Positions 1 to 10,802 of a stretch of 64,000 nt of DNA are shown in pieces (positions within the stretch are counted from its first letter, which is position 1; each line of letters begins with the position of its first letter). The notes below the pieces were generated by a model. It worked only from the letters and a program-made list of their open reading frames with translations, was not told the DNA's origin and made no database searches. Source of the stretch: a virus (lineage: Duplodnaviria; Heunggongvirae; Uroviricota; Caudoviricetes); IMG/VR virus record IMGVR_UViG_2724679073_000003; one strand, given 5' to 3'. The position numbers and the translations under genes were made by a program.

Positions 1-600
1 GCTGTTGGTGTCGCTACTGAGCTGAACTATCCCTTTTTGTGTCGTGGTTGCATCCTGGGCTGTATACTTCCCGTTAGCCAAATCATATGCAGCCTTGACA
101 GCTTTCGGTGTGGCGGCCAGCACTTCAGACGTGCTGTTAGTGGCACTACTGAGCTGAGTGATGCCTTTCGCTGTCAATGAAGCTGTTGGCACACCAGTGA
201 TCTGATTCCAGGGATGTGTATGACTGGATGGTGCCTTTCCGGCTGCTAGATCGTATGCAGCTTTAACCGCTTTTGGAGTTGCAGCTAATGTTTCAGAAGT
301 GCTGTTGGTGTCGCTACTGAGCTGAACTATCCCTTTTTGTGTCGTGGTTGCATCCTGGGCTGTATACTTCCCGTTAGCCAGGTCATATGCAGCCTTGACA
401 GCTTTCGGTGTGGCGGCCNNNNNNNNNNNNNNNNNNNNNNNNNNNNNNNNNNNNNNNNNNNNNNNNNNNNNNNNNNNNNNNNNNNNNNNNNNNNNNNNNN
501 NNNNNNNNNNNGTATACTTCCCGTTAGCCAGGTCATATGCAGCCTTGACAGCTTTCGGTGTGGCGGCCAGCACTTCAGACGTGCTGTTAGTGGCACTACT
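1..600. repeat. About 300-bp tandem repeat inside the tail-fibre gene
   Basis: 1-118 is essentially identical to 301-418; 512-600 repeats 62-150; N run 419-511 lies inside the array. Confidence 0.8.
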
Positions 601-1272
601 GAGCTGAACTAATCCCTTTTGCGTTGTGCTTGCATCCTGCGCCGTATACTTGCTTTTCGCCAGATCGTAGGCTTTTTTAACTGCCAGCGAACTCGCAGCA
701 ACATCACTTCTGGTACTGGTTACAGAGTCTGAAATATCAATGCCGATCGTGCGGTTGATACGCTCGGATGTATCAATCATCTCTTGAGTAATGGTAGATA
801 CGCCAGCAGGGATATTCACCGTACAAACCAGCAGTTCCCCATCACCTAACTGATATGAATCGGTATAGGTTCTGGCAACAAATTCAGCTGCATGAATATG
901 TGACGCGGTATTCACCTGATAGGTATCTTCTCCAAGAAGGTATCTTCCCTTCAGCACAATTGCATATTTCTTGCCTGCGTTAAGTGCAAGAGAGATATCC
1001 TTACGATGCTGAATAGTTACCTGGTAGAATTCACCAATATCCACTGACGCCGCGCCAGCGGTTTTATCTCCATCCACTGAGGTGATTAACAGGTTCATCC
1101 CACCGCCAGGCTTAGGCAAGAAACCAGCATAAAATCCCGGGTCAACAATTCCCCTGAATTTTCGGTTTAGAGCGGCTGACAGATATGGTTCGTGGTATTG
1201 CACATCAGCCACCAGAGCCAACGACTCGGGTGATGGGTAAGTAACCGATGTAACAACTGTAACGTCATTCAT
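1..1272 (-). CDS. Tail fibre protein, N-terminal part (P1 S-like); ORF runs off the window start, interrupted by N run 419-511
   Basis: Manual translation from ATG (rc) at 1270-1272 gives MNDVTVVTSVTYPSPESLALVADVQYHEPYLS... with repeated ...SSATNSTSE(V/T)LAATPKAVKAAYDLA... tail-fibre motifs; absent from ORF track because it lacks a stop in-window. Confidence 0.7.
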   Translation of the reverse strand, partial: MNDVTVVTSVTYPSPESLALVADVQYHEPYLSAALNRKFRGIVDPGFYAGFLPKPGGGMNLLITSVDGDKTAGAASVDIGEFYQVTIQHRKDISLALNAGKKYAIVLKGRYLLGEDTYQVNTASHIHAAEFVARTYTDSYQLGDGELLVCTVNIPAGVSTITQEMIDTSERINRTIGIDISDSVTSTRSDVAASSLAVKKAYDLAKSKYTAQDASTTQKGLVQLSSATNSTSEVLAATPKAVKAAYDLANGKYXXXXXXXXXXXXXXXXXXXXXXXXXXXXXXXXAATPKAVKAAYDLANGKYTAQDATTTQKGIVQLSSDTNSTSETLAATPKAVKAAYDLAAGKAPSSHTHPWNQITGVPTASLTAKGITQLSSATNSTSEVLAATPKAVKAAYDLANGKYTAQDATTTQKGIVQLSSDTNS

Positions 1273-1283
1273 CAAGCATATCC

Positions 1284-1718
1284 TTATGCTGTAGTCGAGT
1301 TTATGGCCATAACTGCGGTATATGTTTTGCCCACATACAGCGAGTCTTCCTGGACACAAATAATGGCGATTGGCTTATTCTCGTTATCCAGAACAACCAG
1401 AGTGTTGAATGGGTAGTTTTTCCCTTCCTGCAACTGACTTTGATCAAGGTCCATTCGGACAGTAATTATCCCGCCTGAGTAGGTTGGGACGAGGTTGATG
1501 GTGCAAAATTGACTGGTCAGTTCTGCCAGATCGAAAGCCTTAGGCAGTTCTCCAATCTCATAAGTGCCATCTCCTTTCTTAGTAACCAGTGAACTGGTAC
1601 CAAAAACGGCCTTGCTGATTAAAAATCGAGAGCCTTTGTTAATGGACGATTCAGCGCGCCGCTGATAGTAATAGTCCAACAACTGACTCTTATAGAGGTT
1701 TGTTGAGACGTCAGACAT
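1284..1718 (-). CDS. Tail-fibre-associated protein (P1 R-like position)
   Basis: 144-aa ORF immediately upstream of and co-oriented with the tail-fibre gene. Confidence 0.5.
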   Translation of the reverse strand: MSDVSTNLYKSQLLDYYYQRRAESSINKGSRFLISKAVFGTSSLVTKKGDGTYEIGELPKAFDLAELTSQFCTINLVPTYSGGIITVRMDLDQSQLQEGKNYPFNTLVVLDNENKPIAIICVQEDSLYVGKTYTAVMAINSTTA

Positions 1719-1796
1719 GATTTTCCCTAATCAATGTTGTGAAGCCTCATTGTAAGATAAGTAACTTGTCACCCCGCCCTGCGGACGGGGTGATTG

Positions 1797-2636
1797 TCAC
1801 GCATCGCTATCCAACAGCAAATCATCTGCGCGGGTGCGATCAAACGTAGGCGTTGCTTTCACAATAGTGCCGCCCGGCGTTGCAGTGATCGGGGCGTTAA
1901 TCGACGTAACTTCAGTAAGCGAAGTTGTATCCGAAGTTTCAAACCAGCAGAATGCTTTTTCGGTATCAGAAATCTCATTCAAAGTGATCATGTCGGCCTG
2001 TTCATTTACAACAACCGACAAATAGAGCGTAAGCCCATCAAACACTATATGCAGTGGCAGTAGAGGCTTTACGAACTGATTAAACTTTCTGAGAATTTCT
2101 TCTGTAATTGCGGACTGATCTATCGATCCAGTAATACCCATTGTCCGGGCCAGGTCGTTTATGGGAATACTGATCATTCCTCTGGAAGTCAGAAACATCT
2201 CGCCGAATGTGCCGCCGGTGGTTTCCAGTGTGCTTTCTGGAATCAGGACCGTGCCATAGGGATGTCGTTCAAAGTCCACCGGAGCATATATGGGATCCCA
2301 TAAAACCGATATACCGTTAAATTCGCGATAAATTGTCTGGTTTATAGGGCGTTCAGTACCCTTAAAATGGATCTCATCAAACCGCTGTTGTAACAACATC
2401 GGAACGGAAGATGAATTCGACGTTCTGATAGTAAAAAACTGGCCAAGTTCATTTGTCCTAGTCTCCAGATCCTCCTTGCTCATGGAGAAAATAGACTTCC
2501 GGTTGGTAATTCGCTCCAACCATGGGTCAACAAAGGTGTCCATCATTGACTGAACCAAATCAGCCAATGATTTATAAAGCAATGACTTTTGCTTAGCTGA
2601 TGTAAGCCGGTTATTAAACCAGGAACGTTGCATCAC
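1797..2636 (-). CDS. Putative baseplate/tail structural protein
   Basis: 279-aa ORF in the tail operon; stop overlaps next start. Confidence 0.5.
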   Translation of the reverse strand: MMQRSWFNNRLTSAKQKSLLYKSLADLVQSMMDTFVDPWLERITNRKSIFSMSKEDLETRTNELGQFFTIRTSNSSSVPMLLQQRFDEIHFKGTERPINQTIYREFNGISVLWDPIYAPVDFERHPYGTVLIPESTLETTGGTFGEMFLTSRGMISIPINDLARTMGITGSIDQSAITEEILRKFNQFVKPLLPLHIVFDGLTLYLSVVVNEQADMITLNEISDTEKAFCWFETSDTTSLTEVTSINAPITATPGGTIVKATPTFDRTRADDLLLDSDA

Positions 2637-4066
2637 TCCTCCTCATACGAAATATTGAAGGTGGAGTTTTCTGTATCCAGATAAACGAAATCGTAAAAGC
2701 CGTTGGACTCATTCCACTCGACAAACTCCAGATAAAAGTCGCGGAAATAGCCCAGCGTTTCGATAAACGCCCAAACGTCTTTTTTCTTAATCAGGATGTA
2801 CTTTCCGACGCGGTTCGGATCAAAGAAAGTTGAGTCGCGCCCAAATTTTTTTTCCAGTGCCGACTTCAGCTCATCGGTCACATTCTCAATGGTCAGGCTT
2901 GCCGATATCCGTCCGGTGATGGTTATCTTAAATGGTAGTTTTCTGACCTCTTTATAAGAGAATTTCTTGTTCAGTTCATTCGGTACCTTCTTAAAGGCAG
3001 CCAGGATCATTTCTTCAAGCTCTGACTGACTTTTATTCGGATGCCATCCTGAAATAAATATCTTATTGATATTCTGAACATTATAAGCACCATCTAATTT
3101 TTCTTGCTGACCCTCGCCCCATGCCTTTACCCAGGACAGTCCCGGGATGTTACGCACCAGAAAATACGTATAGTCCCCGCCCCATACGACCTGATCATCA
3201 TAGGCGAGGTAATATTGTGCACGGTTACGTGTGATCTCCGTTGTTTCGGCATCGGTACCTGTGGTTATAGGTGTCGTTGTCTTAACTGAAATCAAATTAG
3301 CTAAATTAGCCGCAGAATCGACAGGCGTCAGGTTTTGGCCAGCAACCAGGGTTATATCGCCGTTGGTGCACCATACCTTAAGCGTAATTGTCGAGCCTTC
3401 TGGCGGTATTTGCCCAATTAGCCCATCGCCGAATCGAACCCCCAACTGCTCGGATGGTTTATAAAACTCAACGTAGACCTGGCTTTTACTACCGGCTAAC
3501 CGGAACATAGTGCTGGAAGACCACTGCGTGGTCTTACCATCGGTCGTCACGAATACTTCCAGCTTATAGCAGACAGCAGTGAGAGCCTTTGATAACACGA
3601 CTTCCAGAAATTCTTTGGCTGCCGTAACGGTATATGTCACCTCCTGGATTTCCAACTGTGCCACTTCTACCGTACCGGTGCCGTCAACCAACCTGCATAC
3701 ATCCATAGTCATGTAAGGATACTGGTCGTCAGATATTAAAGGCATGTTTTTGGGGATTACCGCTGGGGCATCTTCACTTGTGGCGGTGATCTCAATCATC
3801 CCCGATGACGGTGTTGGCTTGGTACCAACGTAACTATTCGTTTCTGCCGCTGCCAGGATAGAGGAACGCCGCGTCGCGGTCGATATAAAGCCTTCAGCCA
3901 GCGCCGCATCGGCATACTGAAAGCACCTGTAGACAATCTGGGTAATAAACAATGTCAGCATCGAGACAAATTGAGAGCCGACAAACTTCGACCAGAATGA
4001 ATCTTTCTCGACAAGCTCTTCAAACTCTGCACGAATACTGTCTTTAGTCGGTGTTGTTTTACTCAT
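2633..4066 (-). CDS. Putative baseplate protein
   Basis: 477-aa ORF, translationally coupled to neighbours in the tail operon. Confidence 0.5.
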   Translation of the reverse strand: MSKTTPTKDSIRAEFEELVEKDSFWSKFVGSQFVSMLTLFITQIVYRCFQYADAALAEGFISTATRRSSILAAAETNSYVGTKPTPSSGMIEITATSEDAPAVIPKNMPLISDDQYPYMTMDVCRLVDGTGTVEVAQLEIQEVTYTVTAAKEFLEVVLSKALTAVCYKLEVFVTTDGKTTQWSSSTMFRLAGSKSQVYVEFYKPSEQLGVRFGDGLIGQIPPEGSTITLKVWCTNGDITLVAGQNLTPVDSAANLANLISVKTTTPITTGTDAETTEITRNRAQYYLAYDDQVVWGGDYTYFLVRNIPGLSWVKAWGEGQQEKLDGAYNVQNINKIFISGWHPNKSQSELEEMILAAFKKVPNELNKKFSYKEVRKLPFKITITGRISASLTIENVTDELKSALEKKFGRDSTFFDPNRVGKYILIKKKDVWAFIETLGYFRDFYLEFVEWNESNGFYDFVYLDTENSTFNISYEEE

Positions 4067-4422
4067 AGCACCACGTCCTGTGTGATAGTTATGTCCCTGA
4101 TACGAATGGATATTTTCAACTTATCAAAAGCATCTCCCTCGGCTACTGACAAGCCAGAAATCGGTATGTCAGGTAAATCTACCGTCAGTTTTTGCAACAG
4201 CATTGCCTCAACCGCAATTTGAACATGCGACAAGTTGGTCGGTTCGTGTTTAAACTGCGGTAAAACATTGCCCCATGACGGATCTCCGTATACCTCACCC
4301 TGATAAGTGTTTAGCCACTCATATAAACGAGCGCCCCAGGCCTCCTCCTGGGACTCATACGTTTTTACGCCGGATAACTCCAGCGTCAGCAAAGGATCAA
4401 TTTCGTTATTGTTGGCCATCAA
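4063..4422 (-). CDS. Hypothetical tail/baseplate protein
   Basis: 119-aa ORF with 4-nt overlaps to flanking genes. Confidence 0.5.
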   Translation of the reverse strand: MMANNNEIDPLLTLELSGVKTYESQEEAWGARLYEWLNTYQGEVYGDPSWGNVLPQFKHEPTNLSHVQIAVEAMLLQKLTVDLPDIPISGLSVAEGDAFDKLKISIRIRDITITQDVVL

Positions 4423-7400
4423 TCAACTCTCGCGTAGTCATTCATCAACGGATCATCAATTGACAGTGGCACCGTGCGCATAACGCCCGGTTGAGGCGTG
4501 CTGACCTTTACGACAGTTCCCTGGTCTTTCGCCGAGTCTTTAGTGTGCTCTTCAATCCTGGCAAGCAATGAGGTCATCTGCGCAAACAGCCGCTTCGTTT
4601 CACCATCAAGTGAAACGGTATTATCAGCCAACTGCATTGTCGGCTTGGCACCGGAGCCGCCAAGGTCACTAATAACCTGTCCGTCTATCTGCATACGACC
4701 GGTTGGTTGCTGCAAATCGTTGGCGGCAGTCGTCACCTGGAACGTGGAGGCTGGTTGAGGAGAATTATTTGAGCGCATTCCCCGGGCATTAATGAGTTTG
4801 TCATACAGTCCATCAATCCCCATTTGTGCACCGAGCTGGTCAAAGTAACTTGAGTTGCTGGCCACCGGACGCGCCTCTTCAACTGGCATCGGAGTATCAA
4901 CATACACATTGCCAGCTGCTGTTGCGGTCCCATTTCCTCGTGCACGTTCTTCGAGGGTTCCCTGGACGACTTCTCGACGCATCCCCCGACCATTCATGAA
5001 TTTGTTGACCAGATCGTTAACGCCAACAGCATTACCGATTTTGTCTACCAGACCGCCCTTCTCAAACGGGCTATCACCAGGGGTAAACGCCAGGCCAGTA
5101 GACTGATCGATAACGGCGTTATCAGGCAGTGGTCCCCTCACTCCATATTGCGCCCCCCCCTGTGCTCCTGCCCCTGGTGTATAGATTTCACCACCTAAAT
5201 AGCGCGCACGATGAGTATTGACCTTGATCGCGTACTCACGGTTTTCTTTCGATAAGTCACCTGTGCCTTTTTTCCACCTATTAATAGTGCCAAACCCAGC
5301 GTTATATGCAGTGATGGCCTCGTTTAAGTCTCCATTGGCTTGCTTCAGATACTTGCTCATGAGAAGAGCCGCAGCTTCTGCCGATTTCACAGGATCAAAT
5401 GCATCCGGTTCCGATATCCCTGTCTCTTTACGAGCAATACTCGTGAACTGGAACATCCCGAGTGCGCCACCACTTAACTTTCCATCTGGTGATCTTGTAA
5501 GCGGAGACTTTGCGTTAGGATCCCCTCCTGATTCAGTTGCAGCAATCGCGTAAAGAGTGCCTTCAGGAAGACCATATTTATTCTCTAGTTCAGCAAAATA
5601 CGGAGCTAACTTATCGAGATTTGCCTTACCTTCAGCGCCAAGGCTTCCGACTTTTACATCTAAGTTGCCATTATTGTAGGTATCAGCAGCTTTCTGAATG
5701 TCATTCCCAGTGCCGGTGGTATTACGCGACGATGATGACGAGCTATTTTGACCAATAGCTTTATCAATTTTCTGCAACGCGCTATTGCCCGTTTCTACGG
5801 CATTTGCATTGATAATCTGATTAGCAGTTTCTTTAACTGTTTTATTGCTATCTTTCGCCGTGTCCAGTGCCGCATTTATCACGCGGGTAACAATATTAGT
5901 CTGTTTGGCATCGGATTCAGTTTTAGAATCAGATGTCTCCTGGTGGCTATTAACCGGAGCTTTTAACTCTGGAGTGATTTCTTTCGCATTAGCCTCGCCG
6001 ATCGGATTGGGTATTTTTGATACAATCATTGCCGCAGGGGTATTTTTAACGGCATCAACCGCTGCATCTAATGCTTTACCGGGGAAATTTTTAACCCCAT
6101 CCCAAATATTACCAGCCGCCTCTTTAATATGTTTCCCTGGGTTCTTAATGAAATCAATTGCACTATCAATTGCATCACTGAAAACCTGTTTCAGGTTATC
6201 GACAGTAAAGAAGTCTTTTATGGCATCCAGCTTTTCAAGCAACTTATTAGATGTATCGCTAAACCATGCTGAAACAGCATCACCAATCTTTGCTGTGTAA
6301 TCATCGAACTTGGTAGAAATGGTGTCGCCAAGGTTAGAAATATATGTTTCTAAGTTGGTAACCCCGCTATCAATGGCCTGGGCAATACTTTCCGTCGAAA
6401 ATGATTGCAACATATTGCCGATATCCTCAAATCCAAGTGATTTGAGAACATCACCAATAGCACTGCTAATACCAGATACCAGTCCCCCCAAATCAAGAAC
6501 ATTGGCTAACGTATAAGCGGCTTTTTGCTGGAATGATGGATCTTGTCCTGATTTAAGCCCAAACGCTCGACGTTGCGCTTCTGTATCATTCCAACCGGTT
6601 ACCGCATCATAAATACCTCCAGCCACTGTGCCGACTAGGGGAATTGCGCGTAACGCCCCTTTACCAACTGCCTTTAATCCAAGTTTACCTGCTGCCCGGG
6701 CAGCCAAATCTCCGCCTTCATGAGCGAGAGTCTTCTTGCCACCACCGCGTAGCATTCCTACAAGTTTCTTTGCCCCCAGAGCGCCAAAAGCGAGTGCTCC
6801 AGCTTTTTTCAGCATGCCACGCCCCATTAACAACGACGCGACGCCACCGGCCCCCTTCCCTAACAGGCTAAATAGTTTGGACAGCAAGCCGCCCTTCTTT
6901 TTACCGGTGTTTTTGGCTATCTGATCAAGGGCGCGGAGAATCTTGTCATTGCCCTCTTTAATTTCGCTGGTCTGCTCCTGAAGTTCCTGAACCGTCCGTT
7001 TTTGGGTGTTAACCTGAACGACATCGGCACTATTTTGCGATTTACGCCTAAAAAAACCTTTTCTACGGCTGTTATCGTCATTGCCACGAATCACATCGGC
7101 AATAGACTTTCTGGCACCATTAAGCGATCCACCAACTTCTTTTGATATCCCGCCAAGCTCCTTCCCTGCTGCCCACAATGGACCAGCAACGGCATAACCT
7201 AACGCATCGACGGCACGAGTCTCTGAAGGGTTACCTATGCCTTCAGCTACTTTTGACAGTTTTTTTAATAAACCTGATTCAGCATTTAGACGCTCATCAT
7301 CCTCTTTGCGCCTGGCCTTTTCAGCACGTTCAGCACGGGCATCTTCCGCTGCGGCCTTACTCCCTGACTTTCCAATAAAACGACCACGCGCATCGCGTTG

Positions 7401-8050
7401 GTTTTGGCTTTTTTGCGCGCCGCCTTTTTGATCGAACATTTCGCGAGCGTGTTCGGCTGCTTCGGTCCGTTGTGCCTTTATATCCTCTGGTATAGCCTTC
7501 CTGCGTCTTTTTTTACCCTTTGGTGTAGTTGATTTGGCCTGCTGTTCCTGTTGAGCAATGCCCTCCTGAACTACACGAGAAACGTCCCCTAAATTAAGCC
7601 GTTTCATTGCGTCAACAATAGGGTCTACTGATGGCGCATTGGCCACAAAGTCTGGCCGGGAATTTTCGATTGTTCGATTTAATGCCGACACACTGCTGCG
7701 AGATACTGGGTCNNNNNNNNNNNNNNNNNNNNNNNNNNNNNNNNNNNNNNNNNNNNNNNNNNNNNNNNNNNNNNNNNNNNNNNNNNNNNNNNNNNNNNNN
7801 NNNNNNNNNNNNNNNNNNNNNNNNNNNNNNNNNNNNNNNNNNNNNNNNTGGTCACAAAGTCAGGACGTGAATTTTCGATTGTGCGATTTAATGCCGACAC
7901 ACTGCGAGAGACAGGATCAACTGTAGCAACTCGCCCCCCTTTCAAATCTTCAACGGCTTCCCGAATACCTGCAAGCTCTTCCAGCTCTTTTGCGCTGGCG
8001 GTTTCAACCGTCCTTATCACATCGTCAATGTTGGCGTTTTTTCTTTCCAT
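4419..8050 (-). CDS. sit: Sit-like structural injection transglycosylase / tape-measure-like protein (interrupted by N run 7713-7848)
   Basis: More than 1,100 aa; Gly/Ala/Lys-rich central region; lytic transglycosylase motif (ESGGDPNA...GMFQF...AYNAG); N-terminal fragment 7849-8050 and body 4419-7712 flank the N run. Confidence 0.75.
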
Positions 8051-8131
8051 GATCTTATCGCCTACCGCTTCGGTTTAAGTTTTTCTTCCAGTTTCTCCAA
8101 CAGGAAAAACGCATAGGATTCAGTAAGCCTT

Positions 8132-9013
8132 TCAGCGTCCTGAATCGGTATACCCCCATACAAAACCAGGTTGGACACTAAGGTCTGATAGCTTTTCAAT
8201 CCCCACCTGTGGAATGAAGTCGGTAGCCCGAAAGGGCACCCACAGACGGGTATACGCACCCTCTGTGGACTCCTTTGTATCCTGGTTTGGGCATTTGTGC
8301 GGCGGGAGACGAAGACGCATTTCGCCTTTATCGATGTAGCACGGTAAACCATGTTCGAGCTTTTCATGAGCCAGCCGGATGTGTGCCGCCAGCTTCATAA
8401 ATTCAGTATCAATGGCCATCCGTTTGATCGTTTCATAACGACGCTCAGCCTGCTCTTCACGAGTACCGCTAACATCGTTATAAAGTTCACACTGATAAGC
8501 GAATTCCCAAAAACGCAAATCAACGATCGCTTCTTTGAATTCCGCGTCGTCTTCAGGTGGCAATGCTGTTCGGCGCATCTCCAGCATTTCCATTGCCCAA
8601 CCATCAAGCGGCACGATACGCCATTGATAAGGCACGCCCTCTACAGACACCTCAATATCGTCAATGAACGGTTCCACTTCCAGGACCTGGATATCTTCAG
8701 CCAGAGCATTCATATCGCAATCGTAATAATGCTCTTTACCGCAATGTTTACAGGTGTAGGTGAATGTCTCGACCGGTGTTTCACGGGAGCCGGTAAATAT
8801 CCACCATAACGCGGTAATCCGGTCCTGCGCCGTCCATGTCAGGGGATCATGTTTCGCGGGTTCAGCCAGCAAGGCTTTTAAATACGCCGTTGTCTGTTGT
8901 TCTTGTTCCTCCGGTGTTATCGAGTTGAAACGCATCGCATCAGCAATATTTGGCTGACGGAACTGGATCAATTCAGTTGGCCGCGATGGTAGCGGGAAAA
9001 GAGGTAAAAGCAT
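8132..9013 (-). CDS. Hypothetical virion-associated protein (possible frameshift near 3' end)
   Basis: 293-aa ORF with CxxC motifs; an overlapping alternate-frame ORF 8062-8367 ends in protein-like sequence. Confidence 0.45.
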   Translation of the reverse strand: MLLPLFPLPSRPTELIQFRQPNIADAMRFNSITPEEQEQQTTAYLKALLAEPAKHDPLTWTAQDRITALWWIFTGSRETPVETFTYTCKHCGKEHYYDCDMNALAEDIQVLEVEPFIDDIEVSVEGVPYQWRIVPLDGWAMEMLEMRRTALPPEDDAEFKEAIVDLRFWEFAYQCELYNDVSGTREEQAERRYETIKRMAIDTEFMKLAAHIRLAHEKLEHGLPCYIDKGEMRLRLPPHKCPNQDTKESTEGAYTRLWVPFRATDFIPQVGIEKLSDLSVQPGFVWGYTDSGR

Positions 9014-9027
9014 CCTTGCTCCTTAAT

Positions 9028-9639
9028 TCAAAGAGAAAAGCTAAAGCCCAAAAGGGAAGCCAAAGAACTTGAGGATTGGTTAAACGTGCTGTGCAATGCG
9101 AAGGTCATTGGGAATGACTTAAATTCAGTAACCTGATCTCGCGCATAGGTGACATCGCCGGTAGTGACCGGGAATACCGTCATCTCATTTTCCAGTTTGG
9201 TTAAACCGGAGGACAGCAACCGATAAATACGCACATTGAGCAAATATTTAGACGGTATATTCCCGGTACCGTCTGGATTAATCACCCGACTTTTTACCGT
9301 CTTAAACCAGTCCAAAACGAGGCCATCAACGGTATCCCTGACCATCATTGTTATCTGCCCAGGCGAACGCTCCGTTGGCTGAAGGATATTCCCTCCACCG
9401 ATTTTAATCGTTTCATATTCGATGCTGTAATCGTGGTAGGTAATATCTTTGGCAAAGAAGTCTGCTCCCTCCAGTCCATCAACTTCGACAGAGAACTGCC
9501 ATCCTTGCGCGAACAGCATTTTGTTCATGATGATTGACGTCAGCTTACCAACTTCCCGCTCACCAACGCCGGAGCCAAATAATGTCGTCGTTAATGCCGA
9601 AGATACATAAGACTTTACTGAAGCAACATTAAGCCCCAT
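9028..9639 (-). CDS. Putative tail structural protein (tail-tube position in P1-like order)
   Basis: 203-aa ORF in the structural operon. Confidence 0.45.
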   Translation of the reverse strand: MGLNVASVKSYVSSALTTTLFGSGVGEREVGKLTSIIMNKMLFAQGWQFSVEVDGLEGADFFAKDITYHDYSIEYETIKIGGGNILQPTERSPGQITMMVRDTVDGLVLDWFKTVKSRVINPDGTGNIPSKYLLNVRIYRLLSSGLTKLENEMTVFPVTTGDVTYARDQVTEFKSFPMTFALHSTFNQSSSSLASLLGFSFSL

Positions 9640-9649
9640 ATCAGCTCCC

Positions 9650-10240
<591 letters not shown>

Positions 10241-10274
10241 TTAACCGATTCTACGAGTAGTCATTTGTGACAGG

Positions 10275-10751
10275 TCATTTTGCGCGCTTTAGGCAGCCAT
10301 CTTCAGGTGCCGCGTTGAAAAGCTCTGCGGCCTTACGTAGCGTAAATGTTGCGATTTTTTTTCCGTCTACGTATGCATCGAATGTTTTAACTTCCATATC
10401 AGGGGTATCTGACCAAAAACCATACCAGTAACTATCACCCACAGAGGAACCGATAGAACTGATAGGATATTCATCATCACCAACTTTCAGCGTTATTTGT
10501 TCTTTTTTAGCATCAAATGACTCACCGCCAGGTTCTGTTTTCATGAGAGTGAGTAGTCGTGTTCCTACTTGATTGGGATCCGTATTATTAAATCCAACAT
10601 CGCACTCAAATGTAAGCGTATAATTATCTTTGCTGGAAACAGCATAAGAACGAACACCATGAGTCTCGCCGGTTGACCATTTGCTTACATTTGCCATTGA
10701 TGAAAACGGAGTAAGCAAAGCAAGAATTAGAAAATATAGTTTAATGCGCAT
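10275..10751 (-). CDS. Secreted protein (sim-operon-like)
   Basis: N-terminal signal peptide MRIKLYFLILALLTPFSSMA; AAGGAG RBS upstream. Confidence 0.55.
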   Translation of the reverse strand: MRIKLYFLILALLTPFSSMANVSKWSTGETHGVRSYAVSSKDNYTLTFECDVGFNNTDPNQVGTRLLTLMKTEPGGESFDAKKEQITLKVGDDEYPISSIGSSVGDSYWYGFWSDTPDMEVKTFDAYVDGKKIATFTLRKAAELFNAAPEDGCLKRAK

Positions 10752-10802
10752 TAATTTATCTCCTTTGGATATTAATATTTTAATTAGTTAACCACCATAT
10801 AT

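Noticed and set aside
419-511. N runs (also 7713-7848) as possible CRISPR or masked elements
   Set aside because: They are assembly gaps inside coding tandem repeats; flanking repeats are protein-coding with no spacer-like architecture.
327-612. Three overlapping ORF-track entries containing X runs
   Set aside because: They are alternate-frame or opposite-strand readings across the N run inside the tail-fibre gene, not separate genes.
4498-7431. Multiple plus-strand ORFs of 60-150 aa inside sit
   Set aside because: Antisense to a long, well-supported minus-strand gene; low-complexity translations.
8062-8367. Independent 101-aa gene overlapping 8132-9013
   Set aside because: More likely the frameshifted C-terminus of the upstream protein than a separate gene; unresolved, see findings.
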